From Octopus sinensis (taxonomy: Eukaryota): DNA of 64,000 nucleotides. The first letter of the stretch is position 1. Every line of letters starts with the position of its first letter. This document shows, in pieces, positions 1-12,809 of the stretch. The position numbers and the translations under genes were made by a program. The stretch is taken from NCBI RefSeq assembly GCF_006345805.1, contig NC_043008.1, positions 68,572,001 to 68,636,000 of the forward strand, given 5' to 3'. The notes under the pieces are model-generated. The model ran no database searches, was not told where the DNA came from, and saw only the letters and a list, made by a program, of their open reading frames with translations.

Positions 1-75
1 CACCACCACCACCACCACCACCACCACCACCACCACCACACCACCAACACCACCACCAACACCGCTGCCACCATC
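1..75. repeat. (CAC)n trinucleotide microsatellite
   Basis: Directly visible; runs off the window start. Confidence 0.95.
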
Positions 76-190
76 GCCATCATTAATGTCAAACTAGATA
101 TTCATAGACATATACAACACACACATACACACACACACATACTGATGCACACAGACACAATCACATGAAGACATACAGAAACAAAGAGGC

Positions 191-238
191 AGCCAGACAG
201 CCAGACAGCCAGACAGCCAGACAGCCAGACAGTCAGAC
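191..238. repeat. 8-bp tandem repeat (AGCCAGAC) x ~6
   Basis: Directly visible. Confidence 0.9.
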
Positions 239-1068
239 ACACGTAAGAAGACACACAGACATCCACTTCTACCCCTCCCCCCCACACACGAATAAAGTAA
301 TATATTCACAGACAGAATTACACATAAAGACACGATCAAAGAAGGAATCAATAGGCCAGTTGAAAGCTCGCAACCAATACTGCACCTTCAGCATCAAACA
401 ATGCAGAAATAACAATGCACGTATGCAAATTAAGACAAAATACGTCCAATGCACTTAAATGATATAAGTGCACAGCTGTCCTTGTGACATATCCTCATTG
501 TGTTTGGTCACAATGTCAGTACTTTTAGCCACAACATTTATATATTAGATTATAAAAACAATTAATAGTGACATTCATATATTTTATTTTATTGATCACT
601 GTTAAGATGAAAGGCAGAAATGGTACACTGTTTGGTTTTAAACTTTGTTTAGTTAAAAGCAGTTAAACACCCTACTACATGTAAATACACACACACACAC
701 ACATTATTTATGTCTCAATTTGAAATTTAACACAGTTTTACACACACACACACACACACGCACACACACACACACACCACACACATTTGTGATGGCTTCT
801 GGTAAGCAGTGTCAATTTTTAAAATTCTGTAAATAATAATATTTCATAAGCTTAAAGCTTATAAGCGATCACCATGCAATAACTACAGAAAATAGTCTAA
901 TATTGGGGGTGTATAAGCTTGTCATGAAAACAAAGAGCACTGGATTCAAGTCCCATGCATACAGGACACCCACTTTTTTCTGTTAAGAGCTTATATGCCC
1001 CAATATTAGATTATTTTCTTTAGTCATTGCACGGTGATCGCTTATAAGCTTTAAGCTTATGAAATATG

Positions 1069-1139
<71 letters not shown>

Positions 1140-1152
<13 letters not shown>

Positions 1153-1972
1153 AATCTGTTCTGTGTGTGTGTGTGTGTGTCTTCTAGGATCTCGGGCATC
1201 CTCCACCCGATTGCGCTCAAATTTGATATGTAGATACCGACGGTATCAGGGCGTGTATAAGTCTTGAAAAAATTACAAAAATCGATTCCAGGTGAGAATG
1301 CGATCGATAAAGCCGTGGGAACGTGCATTTTTACGCGCAAGTACATCAAGAATGTGGTTTACAAGGCTGCGCTCCACTAGCTTTTCCATGCCCTTGAACA
1401 TCCCGTAAAGTAAGTTAGCTTAAAATTAGTTACTTAGTTCCCTAGGTTGTTGCTTTTCACCAAAAATCACTTCAAGTTGATTTCCTACATGTTTTATAGG
1501 ATAAACTTATTATTGTCCCAGGTACGTTCTCATAAATTTATCATGCTTTTCCATCTAAATATACCTCCAGCTAACCCATTTGCATGCATCGTTTTTCTCC
1601 TTCTTTTCTTCCATCAATCTGTACATAACTGCACCTTCCATTTTTTGTTGTTTTTGTACTGCTTAAAGGCATGTTTCTTTCCTGCCAAGCTTACTGTTTA
1701 AACCATGTTTGTGTTCTCCCAGTCAACAGCCTTATCATTACTGCTACTTTAAACTCTTCGGTTGCATATTTGTGTGAATAAAATCATTTTTCTTTGGAAT
1801 AGAAAAGAAGCCTATCTTTATTTCTTCTTTTGCTGGTGTCTCAAATTTAGGTTAAATCGGTGTTTCTCAAAGGGGAGGCCTATGGGACTGTCGGACAAGT
1901 TGTTTAGAGAAAATTTGGTTTAAATGTTTGACAACTCAGCACCGTCCACTGGACGGCGGGCGTTTTGCTCAT
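1140..1972 (+). mobile_element. Probable non-autonomous Helitron
   Basis: 5' end TATATATAAAA followed by a (GT)n tract and an 'acccgatt...caaatttgatatg' motif typical of non-autonomous Helitrons. 3' GC-rich hairpin CCGTCC-ACT-GGACGG (1942-1956) about 14 bp before a degenerate CTAG-like end (GCTCA). Confidence 0.5.
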
Positions 1973-2405
1973 ATATATATACAGATACATATAAAAACAG
2001 ATGAGTGGTACCACAAGGCACCAATATTTACTGGAAAATAGCAAACGATTCAAATACGACGCTAGTGTAAAGCTTCACTGCGTATATACCAGCAAAGACG
2101 TGTGTGTGCAACAAACATGAAAAATTTGTCTTACTTCTAGGAAGAACATTTGATAAATGGACAACCCAGAATTGGATAATGCAGGGACAGTTTCTGACTC
2201 TTCAAATACGTTTGACAACGTAAATTTGATCAGTCTTCATCAGCTGCATTTACCAAGACAATATTTCAAATGTTGCCACATCAATGCCAGTATACTTGCC
2301 CGAATGCCTAGCTATTAACAGAACGAGAACAGTGGAAAAGTTCTCAATGAAAAATAATATTGCAATACAAATGTATTACTTATATATATTTGATCCATAC
2401 ATATG

Positions 2406-2722
2406 TATATGTATGGATCAAAACAGTTTGATTCAAATTTGTTGGTACTCTTGAGTTTCAAGTGCAATGCTAGTCGTCAGCCATTCTGAATTTGAATGGC
2501 AGAAGTTGATTGTTATTACCATAAGGTGGGCTGTGATTGGTCAAGGAAGGTCATGGTTTGATGTTGGTATATGGGTAACAGATAGTTTGAAAATACTTCA
2601 TGGCAAACTGGAAATTGACCATGTGGAAGACAGGAAATTCAAAATGGCTGATGACTAGCATTGCACTTGAAACTCAAGAGTACCAACGATTTTGAATCAA
2701 ACTGCTTTGATACATACATGTA
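2406..2722. mobile_element. MITE with ~85-bp terminal inverted repeats
   Basis: 2406-2492 is the near-perfect reverse complement of 2636-2722 (…tttgattcaaa…gttggtactcttgagtttcaagtgcaatgctagtc…cagccatt); TA-rich flanks. Confidence 0.85.
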
Positions 2723-2783
2723 ACTCCCAATAAATTAGTTGAGTGCCCTTCTTTCGTTTGTCCGCTTACTCATATATATGTAT

Positions 2784-4026
2784 CTGTTGAGGCAAGTGAA
2801 AATCAAATCAATCCAAATCAAAATAGATGAACATCAATGGAATTTGTATCTTTGTGTTTCCAGTACCGGTGCACACAAAAAACCATCCGAACGTGGCCGT
2901 AGCCAGTACCGCATCGACTGGCCTCTGTGACGTGGGCACATAACAAACACCATCCGATCGTGGCCGTTCGCCAGCCTCATCTGGCACCTGTGTCGGTGGC
3001 ACATAAAAACACCATCCGAAGACCCGGCGACGTAGTCAGTCCACCTATGCATACCTTCCTACTTATGACACTTGTGAAGACCTGTTGAGGCAAGTGTGTG
3101 ACACCGGACTTATGACACTTGTGAAGACCTGTTGAGGCAAGTGTGTGACCTTGTGTATACCTGTTTGAGGCAAGTGAAAATCAAATCAAATCAAATCAAA
3201 CCAAATCAAAATAGATGAACATCAATGGAATTTGTATCTTTGTGGTACCAGTACCGTTGGCACACAAGAAAATCATCCGAACGTGGCCGTAGCCAGTACC
3301 GCATCGACTGGCCTCTGTGACGTGGGCACATAACAAACACCATCCGATCGTGGCCGTTCGCCAGCCTCATCTGGCACCTGTGTCGGTGGCACATAAAAAC
3401 ACCAACCGAAGACCCGCAAGACTAGTCAGGCCATAACCCGTGGCCCCTACCTGGGACGTAGTCAGTCCACCTATGCATACCTTCCTACTTATGACACTTG
3501 TGAAGACCTGTTGAGGCAAGTGAAAATCAAATCAAAACAAATCAAAATAGATGAACATCAATGGAATTTGTATCTTTGTGGTACCAGTACCGTTGGCACA
3601 CAAGAAAATCATCCGAACGTGGCCGTAGCCAGTACCGCATCGACTGGCCTCCGTGCTTTGGGATGTAACAAACACCATCCGATCGTGGCCGTCCGCCAGC
3701 CTCATCTGGCACCTGTGTCGGTGGCACATAAAAACACCATCCGAGCGTGGCCGTTCGCCAGCCTCGTCTGGCACCTGTGTCGGTGGCACATAAAAACACC
3801 ATCCGAGCGTGGCCGTTCGCCAGCCTCGTCTGGCACCTGTGTCGGTGGCACATAAAATCACCCACTACACTCTCGGAGTGGTTGGTGTTAGGAAGGCATC
3901 CAGCGTAGAAACCGCCAGATCTGACTGGCCTGGTGCAGCCTTCGGGCTCCCCAGACCCCAGTTGAACCGTCCAACCCATGCTAGCATGGAAAACGGACGC
4001 TAAATGATGATGATGATGATGATGAT
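2784..4026 (+). mobile_element. Tandemly multimerised 3' UTR of an RTE LINE (three units) ending in a (GAT)n tail
   Basis: Units start near 2784, 3161 and 3508. They match the RTE 3' UTR at 21634-22165 and contain 62-bp subrepeats (e.g. 3735 and 3797). Confidence 0.85.
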
Positions 4027-4037
4027 ATAATATATAT

Positions 4038-4094
<57 letters not shown>

Positions 4095-4096
<2 letters not shown>

Positions 4097-4310
4097 CATC
4101 ATCATCATTGTTTAACGTCCACTTTCAATTCTAGCATGGGTTGGACGATTTGACTGAGGACTGGTGAGCCAGATGGCTGCACCAGGCTCCAATCTGATCT
4201 GGCAGAGTTTCTACTGATGGATGCCCTTCCTAATGCCAACCACTCTGAGAGTGGTTTTATGTGCCACCGGCACGAGGGCCAGTCGGGTGGTACTGGCAAT
4301 GGCCATGCTC
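4095..4310 (-). mobile_element. RTE 3' tail fragment
   Basis: Reverse complement of 3860-4026, with a (CAT)n tail. Confidence 0.85.
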
Positions 4311-4499
4311 AAATATATATATATATGCACACAAACTTATACATATACATACATATGCACATATGTAAATGTATGAATGTATATGTATTTAGTCTTTTAA
4401 TTATTTCAACCCACAGGTTATGGCAATGCTGGCATACTATCATTATGGTAACTAGTGTTTCTACCGCTCCCCTTTTGTGGCTGGTTTATGGTAAATGAG

Positions 4500-4830
4500 G
4501 GAGTTTAAAACTATCTCTTCATATAGTATCATACTAATATGTAAGTTCATTCTCAGGCTACAGAAAATCCAGGTGTTTCATGAATATACTTGCATCTAAT
4601 CTATGTAGATCTACTTGGTTTTCAACAAGATATTGAGCACTATGCAGTGGTGTCTAGTTTGTGAATTGATATATTTCTCAATGTCAAAGTTTGGGATTGG
4701 CTCTTCCATGTTCTTCAACATATAAATAACTGCATATCTTCCCTTTCTTTTTCCCTGGATTCTTTTGACTGATAGTATATTATATTCAGATTTTGTGGTA
4801 GTTTTGTGACACTATCGAGGTTCTTCATTT
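4500..4830 (-). mobile_element. Degraded CR1/L2-like LINE ORF2 C-terminal fragment
   Basis: Minus-strand translation 'RYAVIYMLKNMEEPIPNFDIEKYINSQTRHHC' resembles the post-RT region of CR1-group elements. Confidence 0.4.
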
Positions 4831-5149
4831 CCTTTCATATCATCAGATGTTTAGAGTTGGGAAATGGGTGAGGGGATGAATGTGATGAATGAAGAACAAA
4901 TGATGAGGGATGAGAAGCAGAGGTGATAAGGAAGAGTAGGTGACAACTGTAGAGATCAGGTAGGGTTGTGAGGTGAATGTAGTGACTGGCAGATAAAGGT
5001 TGGAGTAACTTATGATACATCTGCGTTGAGGAGAGTAGTAGTGGAGAGTAGAAGATGACCAACAAAGCAGTCAAAAACGGCTGGTATGTGATGAACAGTA
5101 GAATAGTAATGATGATGCTATAAACAAGACATGGATGACAGAGATTGAG

Positions 5150-5204
<55 letters not shown>

Positions 5205-5639
5205 GATAGATAGATAGATAGGTAGATAGACATAGATAGAGAGAGAGAGAGAGAGAAAGAGAGAGACTGATGACACATGATTATGTAGGTCTCAAGAGTG
5301 TGGAGAGGAAATGGATGGGCATAATGCCTCGGGAGAGTGACAGATACATGATGGTGAAGACATAATTTAGTTATTCAGGAGGGTGGCCATTGTAATATGT
5401 GGATGAAAAGGACAGTATTAAGAATGAAGGATTGATATCAAGTGAAATGGTACATTGCATATATAACAGAGTATGTCAGCTTTATTTCTTTTCAATTTTC
5501 TCAAATCATCTGCATTCAAAGATTATGTTTTGTTTCTATGCAGTATTGTAGTTCTAATACAAGCATTATCCAATTTACTTTTCACTCTAAGGAAAAAGTC
5601 CTTTTCTTGCCAGTAGCAGTAGTGGCTCCCTGAGCTTTT

Positions 5640-6530
5640 TCCAACCTGTTTTTACCCTGACTACTATATTTTGAGAGTAACCATCTCCTCAGTTAATTAC
5701 ATCTCCTAGATAACAAAATCTACCAACAACTCCAAGTGAGAAATCAAGGTGTCTAACAGAAACTATTTCTGATGTTTTCAAGACACATACTGCTTCAGTG
5801 TATCTGTCACAAATGAAGCTTACTTTCTCTGTTTGCCAGAGACAAACAGATAGCTTACATTGGATACAGCATATGAAGTTCTCACCTATTCATTTTCTAC
5901 ATACCAAGCAAGGCATGTTCTTGAAGATACCAGGGTCTTGACTTCTTTCCTACTAACTAAAACCTTACTCTATCCTGAGTTTACCTTAAGGTCTCTTGAT
6001 TCTAAGTTTAGCTTCTATTACTAGAATTTTCTCTCTAAATTCACTTGAGATTCCAATATTAGAACTAGATCATTAGCATATTGTGATGGTCTGTAGTACC
6101 ATGATGAATAGAAGAAAACTGATAACTGAGCCTTGACGGACTCCTTAACCCACACTAAATTCATCTCTGAAATCATTGCTGACACTTACTCACAGCATTT
6201 TCAGTACATAACTTGTACAGGCTTCACGAGTCACCTACCACCAAATTACTGAACATGGTAACCTGTCAAAAAGCCTTCTACAAATCAAAAAAATGCTGGT
6301 AATAGTAGTGTACACTTAGCCAAGCATTCCTAGGAAGATTGCATCCATAATACCTTTTCTAGGGGACAAAGCCAAACTGCTTCTCATCTAGGTCTACTTT
6401 GTTTATGGATAAATTGTGCTACAACTTGAACTGTGGCCTTCATAAACTGATCCAGTTGCTTGATTCCTCTGTAATTTCTTCTTTCTAAGTCATCTCACTT
6501 GCTATTGTAGCAGTTTATGATGACACAGCT
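5640..6530 (-). mobile_element. Degraded RTE-clade reverse transcriptase remnant
   Basis: Frameshifted minus-strand translation gives NYRGIKQLD, DLDEKQFGFVP, DAIF, KAFDRLP..VIWW, GVRQGSV..LLFIMVL, YANDLV (YADD), LESRDLKVN. Confidence 0.85.
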
Positions 6531-6646
6531 TTGCCAGTCATTTGGTATGATACCTTCTGGCATAATTTGATTAACTGTCTGGTGGTAATAATGTATATGG
6601 ATACATATATTTATATTTATACATATATATTTATGCATACACATAA

Positions 6647-6714
<68 letters not shown>

Positions 6715-6715
<1 letters not shown>

Positions 6716-7119
6716 AACATACATGTATGTAAATATATGTGCATAATTATACTCAGAATTATTTATTTATATATGTATGAGTATATATATATATATATAT
6801 ATTATATACATACACACACACACACACATACACACATACATATACATACACATATCTGTACAATATGTACATATAGATGTAGATATATTACACACATACA
6901 TTCACACTCACACGCACACACACACACACTCACACACACATACACACACATATATATGTACATCTATATGTGTATGTGTATATATACATATATAAATGTT
7001 ATATACATGCATACATGTTTATATATGCTAACACATGCATGCATATATGTATATATATGTGTGTGTGTGTGTGTGTGTTTATGCATATATATAGGTATGT
7101 ATGTATATATGTGTGCATG

Positions 7120-7165
<46 letters not shown>

Positions 7166-7960
7166 CATGCACGCATATATAGATGCATATATACACCCAA
7201 CAATAATAAAATACAATAAAATACCTATAATGTAGAGTATATGGATACACCATTCCTACCTGTACATCTTCTGTTAATATGGTTTATATTGATTAAATGT
7301 TTTTACCTCGTTATTCAAGTATGACACTCGTTAACAATAAACTTAATGGCTTCTTGAAGAAAATAAGTAAGATTTGTTAACGAGGCTTTCTTAAATGAAT
7401 AAATAAATAAAAATATAAATTTGAAAACTAAATAAACAAAAATTGGTAAAGATATTGACAAAATATACAATTTTGTACATAAATCTATATGCATGTATAT
7501 ACATGAGTATTGATATATGTGTATGTGTATGTATATAAATGTGTGCGTGAGAGTATGTGTGTGTGTGTGCTGCATGTGTGCATGTATAAACAGTGAAACA
7601 AGCAAGTTTAATGAGAGATGTTCAATTAATTAATTATTGACTAAACAACAGAGGTGGTAAACAAGGGAAGGCTGAAGAAAGTGGTGGGAGAGAGAGGGAG
7701 TGAGAGAGAGAGGGAGTGAGAGAGAGAGGGAGAGAGTGAGAAAGAGAGAGGATGAAAGTGTTGAGTGAGTAGAGATATAGGATGTGAAATGTTTTGCTGA
7801 AGAAAAATAAGAAAATATTGCATAAGTAAAAAAGTCTTAAATACGCATATATACATAGACACACATACACACACACATATGCACGTGCACACACGCACTG
7901 ACACACAGGCACACACACACACACACACACACAAACATGCACATAGACATATTTGTATGC

Positions 7961-7993
<33 letters not shown>

Positions 7994-8328
7994 TATATTT
8001 GAACATACATGTATGTAAATATATGTGCATAATTATACTCAGAATTATTTATTTATATATGTATGAGTATATATATATATATATATATACATACACAACA
8101 CACACACATACACACATACATATACATACACATATCTGTACAATATGTACATATAGATGTAGATATATTACACACATACATTCACACTCACACGCACACA
8201 CACACACACTCACACACACATACACACACATATATTGTACATCTATATGTGTATGTGTATATATACATATATAAATGTTATATACATGCATACATGTTTA
8301 TATATGCTAACACATGCATGCATATATG

Positions 8329-8359
<31 letters not shown>

Positions 8360-8400
8360 TTATGCATATATATAGGTATGTATGTATATATGTGTGCATG

Positions 8401-8441
<41 letters not shown>

Positions 8442-9229
8442 CCCATGCACGCATATATAGATGCATATATACACCCAACAATAATAAAATACAATAAAAT
8501 ACCTATAATGCAGAGTATATGGATACACCATTCCTACCTGTACATCTTCTGTTAATATGGTTTATATTGATTAAATGTTTTTACCTCGTTATTCAAGTAT
8601 GACACTCGTTAACAATAACTTAATGGCTTCTTGAAGAAAATAAGTAAGATTTGTTAACGAGGCTTTCTTAAATGAATAAATAAATAAATATATAAATTTG
8701 AAAACTAAATAAACAAAATTGGTAAAGATATTGACAAAATATACAATTTTGTACATAATCTATATGCATGTATATACATGAGTATTGATATATGTGTATG
8801 TGTATGTATATAAATGTGTGTGTGTGTGTGTGTGCATGCATGTGTGCATGTATAAACAGTGAAACAAGCAAGTTTAATGAGAGATGTTCAATTAATTAAT
8901 TATTGACTAAACAACAGAGGTGGTAAACAAGGGAAGGCTGAAGAAAGTGGTGGGAGAGAGAGGGAGTGAGAGAGAGAGAGGGAGTGAGAGAGAGAGGGAG
9001 AGAGTGAGAAAGAGAGAGGATGAAAGTGTTGAGTGAGTAGAGATATAGGATGTGAAATGTTTTGCTGAAGAAAAATAAGAAAATATTGCGTAAGTAAAAA
9101 AGTCTTAAATACGCATATGTACATAGACACACATACACACACACATATGCACGTGCACACACGCACTGACACACAGGCACACACACACACACACACACAC
9201 AAACATGCACATAGACATATTTGTATGCG

Positions 9230-9250
<21 letters not shown>
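6715..9250. repeat. Direct tandem duplication of ~1.27-1.29 kb (6715-~7990 and 8001-~9250)
   Basis: Unique anchors 'gaacatacatg' at 6715 and 8001 and 'ttgtatgcgt' at 7953 and 9221; duplicated ORFs in the track. Confidence 0.92.
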
Positions 9251-9263
<13 letters not shown>

Positions 9264-9659
9264 TATATATATATAAAAACCATATGCATATGTTTGCATG
9301 TGTTTACATGTAAAGAAATATGTATATATATATATATATATAAGTATATATATATTTATATATAGGTACACACATAAACGTATAAACACATAAATATTAT
9401 ATATATTTATGTATGTATCTTTGTGTATATATCTATACATATGTATGTATATATAGCTACATGCATACTTTCATATATATATATATATATACATATATGT
9501 GTGTGTGTGTGTCTGTGTGTGTATTTTCACATACACTTACACACAAATATACACACACACACGTATACATATGATGCAGCTTAGACATCACATCCCCAGT
9601 ATGAAACAATATATCGTGAAAGAACAGCAACAGATCGCATCAGAAATACAATAGATACC

Positions 9660-10400
9660 ATTCTCAGCTTGTTCCTTTTCTAATAGCATCAGCTCTTCTA
9701 TAGATAAACTTTCTCTCTGGGACACTAGCAACTCAATCACATCATTCTCTATGACTTATACAAATCCTACATCCTTTGCATGTGTCACAATGCCTTTCTG
9801 AATTTGATGTAGACTTTCTGCTTGAGGAAAACTTATAATGTCACCGATACAGCCTGGCCATATACTTACCAAGCACCATTCATGACTTGGCTATATTATC
9901 CCCAACATCCATTATGCTGAATTTCTTCCAAAAATATTCTTCTGTAGGTTTATTTTCTCTGTCAATTGCTTTCATAAGTTGTTTGGAAGTTCTTCTCACA
10001 CAATATGTCTTGAAGTTAGCTATCGCACCTTGATCTATTGTTTGGTGCAAATAAGTTGTATTGTTTGGTGCAAATAAGTTGTATTGTTTGGTGCAAATAA
10101 GTTGTATTCTTGGGAATACATTCTACTCTCATATTATTAGAAATATCACCCAAGTTCGTTGAGTGGTTTGGTGTATTGTCTAAAAGAAGCAACACATTGT
10201 TGGAAATATTAAGTGTGACACTGTACCATGCCTTCTTATTTGAATGCCAAATTAGCAGTAGATTAAACTCTACATAAAAGCCTTTAGATTTTTGGTGTGA
10301 CACACATGTATGGGCTATAATTTTTGGAAGCTTTAAATCATGGTGTTGCTTTTTCTTCTCTATCAAACCAGACTTTACTTGCCAAAAAAAAAAAAATTTT
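9660..10400 (-). mobile_element. pogo/Tigger DDE transposase remnant
   Basis: WHSNKKAW, LLLLDNTPNH, IPKNTTYLHQ, then FWKKFSIMD and KDVGF…ENDVIELL..SQRESLSIEELM; contains a 23-bp unit x3 at 10038-10106. Confidence 0.85.
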
Positions 10401-11129
10401 CATTTGAAATTTCACCTTCCTTTTTCTGCAAATCATCACAAACTTTTGACTTTCTTTTGAATTACCATCATATTTATAGGCACATTAGGCCAATTCTAAT
10501 CCTCAATCTATACACTTGAGAGTCATTTCCATTTAAAGCACTACATTACATCTATAGAAAAATAAGGTCTGGACAGTTAATGCAGTAGGTTCTTGAGCAC
10601 TTGACATAATTTTCACTGTTGTCATGTATTGTTTCCACTGTAGACACTGCAAAATTTAATGTTTTGGAAAAATTTACTTAGTTTTACTTCTGTGTTAAGT
10701 CTTTTTGAAACATTAAGTTTAATATCCAGAGTAATCCCTTTATGGTTCCTTTTTCAACTACTCGAGGATTTATGGTACATACTTTAACAGTTGGTAATTC
10801 GATTTTCATTTCCTTTTAGATTTAAGGCATAACAATGAAGAGAGCTTGACTAGCTTTAAACAAAGGAAATTTATCTTACTGTGCTACTGAAAGTTTGAAA
10901 ATAAAGTTGAAGTCCAAGATAGTTTAGGAGGGAGTGTCAAACAGAGCCATTCATGTGACTTACCATTACTTGAATTAGAACTATATTTCAAGTAGATATA
11001 ACTGTTCAGAATGTCTTCAAAAAACGTTCTGGAAGATCATGGGTATTGGCAAGCCCTACAAAGCAAGAAAAGGTACTAGAAACATATTGCCAAAGTTTGA
11101 GAAAATATGTGTGGCAAGCAAATTGTAAG

Positions 11130-11610
11130 ATTAAAATTTCAAGATCAAGTATTCACATTTTTTCTCTGCATATTGAGCACAGTTACATCCTTGGTTCCTA
11201 TACTCTTTCTTGTAGATTAAAACTACTATCTTTATGAGATTTACTTTGAGGACTTTTGATTCCATTGCTTACTTCCTTGTTTGGAATTTCTTCTCTAAAT
11301 TGTTGACTAGTTAAGCTAAAAGAACTAAGTCATACTGGAGATCCCATGGACAACTGGTTTTAAATTTCTTCCTTGTAGGCTGGAGAATTATTATTGACAA
11401 TAGGGGTCTTAGAATTGAGTTGTGATGAATACCTACGTGCATGCTTTTTCTGAGCTCATTGCTAACTTTCATCTTGCTGATTGTACCTCAATATATATGT
11501 CTTATACAGCTCTCACCTGCCATTTTTCTAGCGCTATTTTCCTTCATGACAACTAAACTACAGAATGTGGTTCTCTGTCAAAGCCCTTCTCCAAGTTGTT
11601 GAATCCTATT
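11130..11610 (-). mobile_element. Degraded RTE-clade reverse transcriptase remnant
   Basis: NLEKGFDR, VGIHHNSILRPLLSII (VGVHQGSVLSPLLFII), CPWDLQY..DLVLLA, MESKVLKVNL. Confidence 0.75.
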
Positions 11611-11702
11611 TATAGTAGCTTACTCTTAGCTAAGAACTTTGCATTACTCTAAGAAGTTTGCATTAGTGATACCATTTCCTGAAACAAACACAAACTGCAT
11701 TA

Positions 11703-12097
11703 CTCTCTCTTTTACTTGTTTCAGTCATTTGACTGTGGCCATGCTGGAGCACCGCTTATTTAGTCAAGCAAATCAACCCCAGGACTTATTCCTTGTAAGC
11801 CTAGTACTTATTCTATTGGTCTCTTTTGCCTAAACACAACAGTAAACGCAACAGCATCGGTTGTCAAGCAATGTTGGGGGGACAAACATAGACACACAAA
11901 CATATACACACACATACATATATATATACATATATATGACAGGCTTCTTTCAGTTTCTGTCTACCAAATCCACTCACAAGGCTTTGGTCAGCTCGAGGCT
12001 ATAGTAGAAGACACTTGCCCAAGGTGCCACGCAGTGGGACTGAACCTGGAACCATGTGATTGGTAAGCAAGATACTTACCACACAGCCACTCCTGCA
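11703..12097 (-). mobile_element. tRNA-derived CORE-type SINE (octopus OR-like), full length
   Basis: Head GGAGTGGCTGTGTGG (A box)…GGTTCAGTCCC (B box), CCTTGGGCAAGTG CORE-like segment, internal (TA/CA)n, (GTAAAAGA)n tail. Confidence 0.9.
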
Positions 12098-12681
12098 CAT
12101 TGTTCTTATTCTCTTCCTTTATAGTCCTCTTCCTTTATATCTATTTCTATCATAACCTGGTCTTTCAATTCAACGTTTTTGGAGTGGCCACTTTCCGCTC
12201 TATCTCTTTGTGCCTTTGTAGTATTTAATAATGTTGCAATATCAGTTCAATGTCTTCATCAGTCAGTCTTGGTTGTGGTGTTGATGGTGAGATCATTGTT
12301 GTTTGTTGATTTGTTAATGACTAGTCTAAGCTTCATTATCCTGTCACATACTTTGACTACCTCAATATACCTTTCCCTTGCCTACTCCACGCAAAACTAA
12401 CAATGTTACAGACCATAAGAACTTGTACTCATGATCCGTGTATGTGTAATGAATCACTACATGTATGTGAGAGTATATGTGTGTATGCATGTGTGTTGTA
12501 TATAATGTATGTGTGTGTGTATATATATATATATATACTTACACATATATATATGTACGTATATATTTATACATACATATATATATATGTATATATATTT
12601 ACATACATATATGTATGTATATAGGTATATATATACATATACATACATATATATATATGTGTATATATGTATATATATGTT

Positions 12682-12723
<42 letters not shown>

Positions 12724-12766
12724 TATATATACACACATACATATATACATATATACAACACACATG

Positions 12767-12798
<32 letters not shown>

Positions 12799-12809
12799 GT
12801 ATGTATGTA

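Noticed and set aside
2204-2247. Decayed hammerhead-like motif on - (CTGATGA-A-GAC…GTC-AAAC-GTA)
   Set aside because: Lacks G12 and has a poor stem I; at most a relic, so not listed as a feature
3680-3860. CRISPR-like array from regularly spaced repeats (also 20385-20468 and the 184-bp units)
   Set aside because: Contiguous tandem units with no unique spacers, inside eukaryotic TEs; no cas genes
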